IMG/VR virus record: IMGVR_UViG_3300020178_000002
Span: 186,001-250,000 of that record
Length of the DNA stretch: 64,000 nt
Direction: 5' to 3' (one strand)
Part shown: one piece after another, positions 54,716 to 61,966 of the stretch
Layout of the letters: every line of letters starts with the position of its first letter
Position numbering within the stretch: position 1 is the first letter of the stretch
Program-made: the position numbers and the translations under genes
Notes under the pieces: generated by a model
Databases searched by the model: none
The model's input: the letters and a program-made list of their open reading frames with translations, nothing else
What the model was told of the DNA's origin: nothing

Positions 54716-57391
54716 ATGAAGGTTCAATTCTCAGACCACGCAAATTCTTTGTTGAAATCTTATTACATGAAAGATAGTGATGCTTCTGTTGAAGATGCTT
54801 TTAAAAGAGCCTCTTTTGCATACACACCGAACAAGGAGTTGGCTCAAAGAATATATGAGTATGCTTGTAAGGGCTGGTTTATGTTTAGCTCTCCAATTCT
54901 ATCTAATGCTGAAAGTTCAGGTATGCCTATTTCTTGCTTTCTCTCGTATGTAGAAGACACAGTAGAAGGGTTGATTGAACACACGGAAGAATTAAGATGG
55001 ATGTCTGTGATGGGTGGTGGAGTAGGAGGCCATTGGGATCATGTTCGTTCAGTGAGCAAGAAATCTCCTGGTCCTATTCCTTTCTTAAAGACTGTTGATT
55101 CAGATATGGTTGCATACAGACAAGGATTAACTCGAAAGGGTTCTTATGCAGCATATATGGATGTGAGTCACCCAGACATTATTGAGTTCTTGAACTTGAG
55201 ATTGCCAACAGGTGGAGACCCAGCTAGGAAATGTTTTAATCTTAACAATGCAGTAAATCTGACTGATGAGTTCATGAGTGCAGTTATGGCTGGTGATAAG
55301 TGGGATCTTGTAGACCCTAAGGACAAGACTGTTCGTAATACAGTAGATGCTCGTGAGCTTTGGCAAAGAATCCTTGAGGTTCGCTTTAGGACAGGAGAAC
55401 CTTATCTTAACTTCATTGACGAGGCGAACCGACACCTACCTCAACCTCTCAAAGATAAGGGCTTGAAGATTCATGGTTCAAACCTTTGTGTTCGAGGTGA
55501 CACACAAGTACTTACTCGTGATGGTTATTTCCAGATCTCATCTTTGGATAATCAAGATGTTGAGGTTTGGAACGGAAAAGAATGGTCTATGACCACCGTT
55601 GTCCAAACAGGAGAAGATCAAGAGATCCTTGAGGTTGTTCTTGACAATGGGACTACTCTTTACACAACACCTTATCACAAGTTTTATGACCATAAGGGTC
55701 ATGTGGCAGAGGCCAAAGATTTAACCACTTCCACAAAGCTCTTGAAGTTTGAGATGCCTGTGGTTGAGGGTAGGGGCGATTGGGAGAACGCTTATTCTTG
55801 TGGGTTCTTCACAGGAGACGGGACATACAACCACCTCCATCAACCAATATCTTATCTTTACGGTAAGAAGAAGGCATTACTTGACAGGGTCGCCACACCT
55901 CTTTGTCGAGTCCACACAGGTTCTAAATCGGATCGGTTTTCAGTTCTCCATGACAAGTCCGAAATCAAAGCAAAGTACGAAGTGCCTCTTGGTATGTCCT
56001 TAAGCACTCGCTTAAAGTGGCTCTCGGGACTCTTAGATGCAGATGGTTGCGTGGCTAGGAATGGGCTAAATCAAAGCTTACAGCTTGCGTCTACAAATCG
56101 AGACTTTCTCACCGATCTGTGTCTCATGTTAAATACACTTGGAGTTCAGCCCAGAGTGTCAGACTTCATGCCTGAGAGAACGGTAAACTTTGGCTCGGAG
56201 AGGGGTGGTGAGTATCGTTGTAAGGAAGCATGGAGGATCTTAATCAACTCTAACGATACTCAAAAGCTACTTGGATTGGGCTTGGAAACTCATCGTCTAG
56301 TCTTGAAGGAGCACAAGCCACAAAGGTCAGCTTCAAGGTTTGTTCGTGTCCTTAGTGTCTCTAAGTCACAGGATGCAGACACTTATTGTTTCAACGAACC
56401 GAAGAGACACATGGGGGTGTTTAATGGTGTTCTTACAGGCAACTGTAATGAAATTCATCTCCCAACAGGTAAAGGTAGGTCTGCTGTTTGTTGCCTTTCA
56501 AGCCTTAATGTGGAGATGTTTGATGAGTGGAAAGACACAACTATTGTTGAAGACTTGATTGAGTTTCTTGATGATGTTTTACAGTACTTCATTGAGAATG
56601 CTCCCCCTCAGTTAGGGAAAGCTATCTACAGTGCCAAGAGAGAAAGGTCTTTGGGTCTGGGTACTATGGGTTTCCATGCTTACCTCCAAAAGAAGGGTCT
56701 TCCCTTTGAGTCTGTCTTTGCTGTTTCAGCTAATCGTAAGATTTACTCAACCATTAAGGAAAGGGCAGTTGCTTCTTCAAAGCGTCTAGCAGAAATCAAA
56801 GGTGAGTATCTTGATGGTATTGGATCTGGCATGAGAAATAGCCACCTGCTTGCTATTGCTCCAAATGCTAACTCAGCTATTATTCTTGATACAAGCCCAA
56901 GCATTGAACCTTGGAAGTCAAATGCTTTCACACATAGAACCAGAGCAGGTTCTTTTCTTCAGTTTAATAAGCATCTAATGGCTGTGCTTGAAAAGCATAG
57001 TCCAGAAGAAGATAAGCAAGAGTGGATTGACTCACAGGTTCAGTCTATTATTTTAGCTCAAGGTTCTGTGCAACATTTAGAGTATTTAAGTGACTTTGAG
57101 AAAAATACTTTTAAGACAGCATTTGAGATTGACCAGATGTGGATAGTGGAACACGCTTCTGTAAGACAGGAGTGGGTCTGTCAGGGTCAATCTGTAAACT
57201 TGTTCTTCCCTGCTGGTTCAGACAAGAACTATGTGAACGCTGTTCACCTTTCAGCATGGAAGAAGAAGCTCAAGGGTCTGTATTATCTCCGAACCAATGC
57301 AGGTGTAGTTGCTGACAAGGTTAGTGAGAAGATTGAGCGTAAGGCATTGAAGGATTATGACATTGATGAATGTATGAGCTGTCAGGGTTAG
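54716..57391 (+). CDS. nrdA: ribonucleotide reductase class Ia alpha subunit (intein-containing, no ATP cone)
   Basis: SSPIL, ISCF, GGGVG, R.G..A.Y...HPD, SNL|C NEI, LA.APNA, CQGQS.NL, LYYLR, C-terminal ECMSCQG. Confidence 0.95.
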   Translation: MKVQFSDHANSLLKSYYMKDSDASVEDAFKRASFAYTPNKELAQRIYEYACKGWFMFSSPILSNAESSGMPISCFLSYVEDTVEGLIEHTEELRWMSVMGGGVGGHWDHVRSVSKKSPGPIPFLKTVDSDMVAYRQGLTRKGSYAAYMDVSHPDIIEFLNLRLPTGGDPARKCFNLNNAVNLTDEFMSAVMAGDKWDLVDPKDKTVRNTVDARELWQRILEVRFRTGEPYLNFIDEANRHLPQPLKDKGLKIHGSNLCVRGDTQVLTRDGYFQISSLDNQDVEVWNGKEWSMTTVVQTGEDQEILEVVLDNGTTLYTTPYHKFYDHKGHVAEAKDLTTSTKLLKFEMPVVEGRGDWENAYSCGFFTGDGTYNHLHQPISYLYGKKKALLDRVATPLCRVHTGSKSDRFSVLHDKSEIKAKYEVPLGMSLSTRLKWLSGLLDADGCVARNGLNQSLQLASTNRDFLTDLCLMLNTLGVQPRVSDFMPERTVNFGSERGGEYRCKEAWRILINSNDTQKLLGLGLETHRLVLKEHKPQRSASRFVRVLSVSKSQDADTYCFNEPKRHMGVFNGVLTGNCNEIHLPTGKGRSAVCCLSSLNVEMFDEWKDTTIVEDLIEFLDDVLQYFIENAPPQLGKAIYSAKRERSLGLGTMGFHAYLQKKGLPFESVFAVSANRKIYSTIKERAVASSKRLAEIKGEYLDGIGSGMRNSHLLAIAPNANSAIILDTSPSIEPWKSNAFTHRTRAGSFLQFNKHLMAVLEKHSPEEDKQEWIDSQVQSIILAQGSVQHLEYLSDFEKNTFKTAFEIDQMWIVEHASVRQEWVCQGQSVNLFFPAGSDKNYVNAVHLSAWKKKLKGLYYLRTNAGVVADKVSEKIERKALKDYDIDECMSCQG
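55487..56443 (+). mobile_element. intein with LAGLIDADG homing endonuclease (319 aa)
   Basis: Begins C-V-R-G-D-T; block B TTPYHKF; CGFFTGDG and LSGLLDADG; ends GVLTGN before the +1 Cys. Confidence 0.93.
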
Positions 57392-57452
57392 TATTTTATT
57401 AGTTTCTTTATCTAAAATTCTATAACACATAGAAAAGATAAAGGACTGAAAA

Positions 57453-57863
57453 ATGATAGAAGTAGAATACCAACATGACCAATATGCTAGCATTCCTCAA
57501 CCACCTAGCAAGTCTAAAAAGATGAGTAAGGCTCAACTTATTAAGTTGATCAATGAATACTCAAATAGAGCAGATGAGCTAGCAGAACAGCTTGAATCAA
57601 AAGACCCTCTTTATGAGAGGAGAGATTCAGCTAACTACTCAAACTTCAAAGTAGCTAAAGTACTACATAAGATGAACTTTGAGGATAAACCTAATGCAGC
57701 ATACCCCCCAAGAATCTGGGTAGACATCTATGTTTATTCACTAGAAAATGGTGGTGAAACCTTTTTCCGAAGTTCGATAATCATAAATGCAAAGGATTTC
57801 TTGTTCCACACAGGAGCAAGAACCTTAAGCAACAAGATCAGAGCACTTAAGGGCTTACTTTAG
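57453..57863 (+). CDS. hypothetical protein (136 aa)
   Basis: AAGGA RBS. Confidence 0.65.
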   Translation: MIEVEYQHDQYASIPQPPSKSKKMSKAQLIKLINEYSNRADELAEQLESKDPLYERRDSANYSNFKVAKVLHKMNFEDKPNAAYPPRIWVDIYVYSLENGGETFFRSSIIINAKDFLFHTGARTLSNKIRALKGLL

Positions 57864-59527
57864 AACCTGCCACCCTCTTCAGCAGGCTTGCTGTATTTGA
57901 GAGATAGATTCTTAGCTATTGTTTCAATAACTTCAGTGTTCTCAGCAAGCATACGACCAGCTTCACCATAGATACCTCTAAGTACCTCGTTAAACTGAGA
58001 ATCGTTAAGAGTCCACATGTCTCTTTCCAACTTAGCTTTGGTAGAGATGGGGTCTACATTAAGAAGCTCTAAGATAACATCAATGTCCAAAGAACCTTTT
58101 TGGTAAAGGTTGAACAGAGCATCAAATGTATCTTGGTTGTCTCGAAGCCCAAGGCGAGTAAAGCTAAGGGTTGGGTGTAGAACTATCTCTTCCCCATCTT
58201 CATCTTCTTCGATGAAGCCCATACGCTTACACATAGGCTTTAGGATATTTTCCTCTACCATTTCTTGGAGGACTTCTCTCATAAGCATATAACGTGTATT
58301 GATGACTTCAAGATTGATTCTATCTCCAGAATAGCTTGACTCTCCAGATAGAAGAGACTCTGTGACACCAAGACCAGCATACATTTGTCGGTCTGTCATA
58401 TCATACTCACCAGAGAGTTCAAGCAGACGAGAATCAGCACCCATCTCTTCCCAAGAAACTTGGAAGTTGGCAATGATTGAGTAGTCTGGGTCTTGGAGAG
58501 CAATGTCTACTTGTTCTCTCAATGCTTCAACATCAGCAGCATCCATATCCTCTGCATAGACAAGTCGAATAGGTGTCATGTGTCTTGAAGCGATAGAGGT
58601 TTGTGCCTGTCTGAGTTTGTCTCTGTAAACCAAGATCCTTAAACAACGCTCAAGCATTGAGTGTCCTCTGGGTTCATATTGAGATTTCTTACGAGCCATG
58701 TAGTAAACAAAAGACCCTTGATCTGGATCTGTGTTTAGTCTGATGTTTCTACCTTCTCTAATTGCTTCTACAACATCTTCAGGCATTGACTCTACAACCC
58801 TTAATGCAGAGGGGTCTTGTAAAGTTGCTCTTTCTACAATGTCTTTAGTCTTACTGTCAGGTATAAGCTCTATAATTTTTTCACTTGTGAAAGGAAAGCT
58901 TTCCATATGAACTTGCTCTGGAGGTAGGACTCTTAGACCTGTCCAGCCTTTGTAGTTCTTCTTGAGCCATCTGTAAGCTCTAACATTTGAATCCGAGTAT
59001 TCTTCCCACTCTGTTGCAGCACTGCCATCTTCCCTAAGTACATTTCGTTCTTTATGTGTAACAGACTTAGGCATATCAGGGTTATTATCTTCACAGAACA
59101 CAAAAACTTCACCTAAGAGATTGTATTCATGGAGGATTTCTATGAGTCTGTGCAAGAGACCTGTTCTTTTAGCCCACTTCTCACAGAATCTGAGTGCTTC
59201 ATTGGCCATTTCATGGTTTCTAGCTTTTGGTAATCCAAGTCTGATTTTACTAAGAGGCAATTCAGTGTGCAGGTCAACAGCTTGACCAACAAAGGGGTCT
59301 GTTCTATAGAAGAATCTAAAATAGTTTCTTTGCTCATCTTGGCTTTGGGGTAGTTCTAAAAAGTCGGTAGACAATTCAGGACTGTAGAAGTTTCCCCCAG
59401 AGCCCATCATAGTTCCATTTGTAGTCATAGCAACTTTGACTCTGGACTTCATATCTTTGAGATCAAACTTTCTAGTGGTTGCTTTTGATCTTGATTGAAC
59501 TTTCCCAATAATATCTTCCTCACTCAT
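57860..59527 (-). CDS. probable phage portal protein
   Basis: 555 aa helical protein with DPFV..AVDLH.ELP, L.P..V, ..RG.S.L..C and PIRL segments reminiscent of large-phage portals. Confidence 0.55.
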   Translation of the reverse strand: MSEEDIIGKVQSRSKATTRKFDLKDMKSRVKVAMTTNGTMMGSGGNFYSPELSTDFLELPQSQDEQRNYFRFFYRTDPFVGQAVDLHTELPLSKIRLGLPKARNHEMANEALRFCEKWAKRTGLLHRLIEILHEYNLLGEVFVFCEDNNPDMPKSVTHKERNVLREDGSAATEWEEYSDSNVRAYRWLKKNYKGWTGLRVLPPEQVHMESFPFTSEKIIELIPDSKTKDIVERATLQDPSALRVVESMPEDVVEAIREGRNIRLNTDPDQGSFVYYMARKKSQYEPRGHSMLERCLRILVYRDKLRQAQTSIASRHMTPIRLVYAEDMDAADVEALREQVDIALQDPDYSIIANFQVSWEEMGADSRLLELSGEYDMTDRQMYAGLGVTESLLSGESSYSGDRINLEVINTRYMLMREVLQEMVEENILKPMCKRMGFIEEDEDGEEIVLHPTLSFTRLGLRDNQDTFDALFNLYQKGSLDIDVILELLNVDPISTKAKLERDMWTLNDSQFNEVLRGIYGEAGRMLAENTEVIETIAKNLSLKYSKPAEEGGRF

Positions 59528-59769
59528 TTGCTCTTCCTTTTCTTAATTGCTTTCAGATAGCTCTTAATTATTTTTTTAAGTAAAACAATATGATCTGGGT
59601 TTCCTTCAAAAAAGGCAGCCCAAGACCCACCTTTTTTTTGATATACCAGAGATACCTTCTCCAGAACATCTTGTGAAGGCTTAGAAAAGCCATAGATAGT
59701 GAAGATCTTTTTTATAATCCTAAGATCTGCTCTTTCTTGCTCTCTGAATTCATATCTTTTTTTAGTCAT
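59524..59769 (-). CDS. hypothetical protein (81 aa)
   Basis: GGAGGAG RBS; coupled to the portal-like gene. Confidence 0.65.
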   Translation of the reverse strand: MTKKRYEFREQERADLRIIKKIFTIYGFSKPSQDVLEKVSLVYQKKGGSWAAFFEGNPDHIVLLKKIIKSYLKAIKKRKSK

Positions 59770-59808
59770 ATCTCCTCCTTTATTATACTAGAGGAGATAA
59801 AAACTATA

Positions 59809-60321
59809 TCAAGACTCTACAACTTTTAAGTACAATTTTTTCCACTGACCCATTTTTGGTTCGGGGTGAGAGGAAAGCATATTAAAAGCTTCCCAGAGCT
59901 TAAGGGAATCTTCTAAAGGTATATCTTTCATTTTATAACTGATGGTCATTTCAGTTCTTTTCTTCAATATATCAATGTCAGAAACTGCATCTTGGCTTGT
60001 TTCTTCAAAGATGTCTTCTTTCTTTTTATATACCCAAGGAGTCAAGTTGTACTTGGACTCTAATAGATAACAGGCTTTATTAAACTCAACTCCCTCTATC
60101 TCCATAACAGTAGATATAGAGTCTCTCGTTTTACCACAGGCAAAGCAATACCATGAGTTAGACTCTGGGTATGCTCTGGCACTAGGTGCGTTGTCTGAAC
60201 CATCACCATGCAAGTCACAACGGAACTGTTGTTCTTTCTCAACGTTGATAACATCATAACCATATCCACTAAGCACAGACATGATTGATATTTTTTCTTT
60301 TATACGCTCAGATCTTTTCAA
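59809..60321 (-). CDS. stand-alone CHC2 zinc finger (DnaG primase Zn-binding domain)
   Basis: FRCDLH...PS......WYCFACG...D.I......EG..F..A. Confidence 0.8.
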   Translation of the reverse strand: MKRSERIKEKISIMSVLSGYGYDVINVEKEQQFRCDLHGDGSDNAPSARAYPESNSWYCFACGKTRDSISTVMEIEGVEFNKACYLLESKYNLTPWVYKKKEDIFEETSQDAVSDIDILKKRTEMTISYKMKDIPLEDSLKLWEAFNMLSSHPEPKMGQWKKLYLKVVES

Positions 60322-60454
60322 TACTGAATGCCTTTCTTAGGTTTCTGGAAAAAAGGATAGCTTCCAAGTAAGATTGGAAGGTAAGGCTCTTGTTTTCAAA
60401 TTTAACTATGTACATCTTAAAAATCACTTTCAGCTATGGTGGGCTTAAAGATCT

Positions 60455-60470
60455 TTATAGAAAGTTTATA
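60455..60470 (+). promoter_or_regulatory. putative late promoter motif (TTATAGAAAGTTTATA)
   Basis: Plus-strand match upstream of the 60517 operon. Confidence 0.55.
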
Positions 60471-60516
60471 AGAAGTTCTACTTCAAATATGATTATTTTT
60501 AAGGTGGTTATAAGTT

Positions 60517-60927
60517 ATGAGTAAGAATGTTCCTGTAGACAAAAAGCTCTGGTCTGAAATTCAATCCCTAGCAAAAGGTGAGAGAAAGACACCTGTTTCT
60601 AGGGGCAAAGAAACTGTGAACCCTGTCAACAATGGTTCAGGGTTTAAAGTATTCCCATCTGCTTATGCCAATGGCTGGGCTTTGGCTCAGTACAAAAGAC
60701 TAGGTGGCAAGTGGAAGAAAGAAAGCTCAGAGTTCAAAGAGCCTCGCAAGTGGGACAAAGAACACTGTGAATCTAAGACCTGTGATGAGATGGGCTTTTC
60801 AGAAAAGGCATCTTGTAGACCTTATAAGAACTGCTACAAGAAATCGAGTACTGAAGAATCTCTATTGTATAATGTTGTAAACAGATACATGGAGAAAATA
60901 TATGACAGTCGAAGAGATCGTTTTTAA
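60517..60927 (+). CDS. DUF5872-like phage protein
   Basis: LW......AK...FKVFPSAYANGW....YKRLGGKWK, recognised from memory. Confidence 0.6.
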   Translation: MSKNVPVDKKLWSEIQSLAKGERKTPVSRGKETVNPVNNGSGFKVFPSAYANGWALAQYKRLGGKWKKESSEFKEPRKWDKEHCESKTCDEMGFSEKASCRPYKNCYKKSSTEESLLYNVVNRYMEKIYDSRRDRF

Positions 60928-61915
60928 GATCAAAAGTTTAGAATGGGATATTCAAAATCTTAGCTTGGATAATTCCAGAGTCCAAAAGATTACAATGGCT
61001 CTTTCTTCTTTGAATAACTTAGTCCAGAATAAAGTTTCGGAAGCGGACACAGATTCAGGGGACTTAGAGAAAGACGATAGACAGAGGTCTAGCACATTCA
61101 ATGGTATGTCTGCTAAAGAGTGGGTTCTCAATAGCAGGAATGTCTGGTCTGATGTCTTTCAACCACCAAGAACAAAAGAAGAAGCAGAACATGGAGCAAC
61201 TTACCCTAAAAGCCTAACTGATAGGCTTATCTCCATGTATTCAAAAGAAGGCGATTTAGTTTTCGATCCTTTTTTGGGTACAGGTACTTCCTTAATGTCT
61301 GCCATATTTAAGAACAGAGATGCTGTTGGTATTGAACTTAACCCAGAGTTCTTTGAGTTTGCTCAAAAGAGAGTTAACTCAGAGTATTCAATGTTCAGCA
61401 CATGTGATGTAAAGCTATATAACGATAACTGTATGAACTTGGACAACTACTTAAAAGATGAGTCTGTTCAACTTACAGTGACTTCCCCACCTTACGCTGA
61501 CTTTATCCAGAAGTCTTTAGAGGACAGGGCTAAGGTACACAAGGACTCTATTATAAAGAACAAGAATAACTCATCGGTTCGTCAGTATTCTACATCGAAA
61601 GAAGACTTTGGGAACTTACCTTATGATGAGTTCTTAAAAGAGGCACAGGGTCTCCTAAGTCTTATCCTCAAGAAGACAAAGAGTGGAGGTTATGGTGCTT
61701 GGGTTGTTAAAGATTATAGAGACACGAAGAATGGCATTCCTTATGTAGACTTCCATTCTGACTTAGCTAAGGTTGGAGAGGCAGCAGGTTTTAAATACCA
61801 TGACCTTATTGTTTGGGATCAGAGTAATCAGAGAAGTCTTTTTCTACAGGGATACCCTAGTAAGTTTTACACAAACCAAAACTCTAGCTTCATCGTTGTC
61901 TTTAGGAAAGACTAG
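60902..61915 (+). CDS. amino (N4C/N6A) DNA methyltransferase, motif I before SPPY
   Basis: HGATYP..L..RLI..YS..GD.V.DPFLGTGT, followed by TSPPY. Confidence 0.88.
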   Translation: MTVEEIVFKIKSLEWDIQNLSLDNSRVQKITMALSSLNNLVQNKVSEADTDSGDLEKDDRQRSSTFNGMSAKEWVLNSRNVWSDVFQPPRTKEEAEHGATYPKSLTDRLISMYSKEGDLVFDPFLGTGTSLMSAIFKNRDAVGIELNPEFFEFAQKRVNSEYSMFSTCDVKLYNDNCMNLDNYLKDESVQLTVTSPPYADFIQKSLEDRAKVHKDSIIKNKNNSSVRQYSTSKEDFGNLPYDEFLKEAQGLLSLILKKTKSGGYGAWVVKDYRDTKNGIPYVDFHSDLAKVGEAAGFKYHDLIVWDQSNQRSLFLQGYPSKFYTNQNSSFIVVFRKD

Positions 61916-61966
61916 TTTCTGTTTTGTAGTTTTTTAATGGTCTGCCTTAAAACACAGGAGGTAGTT

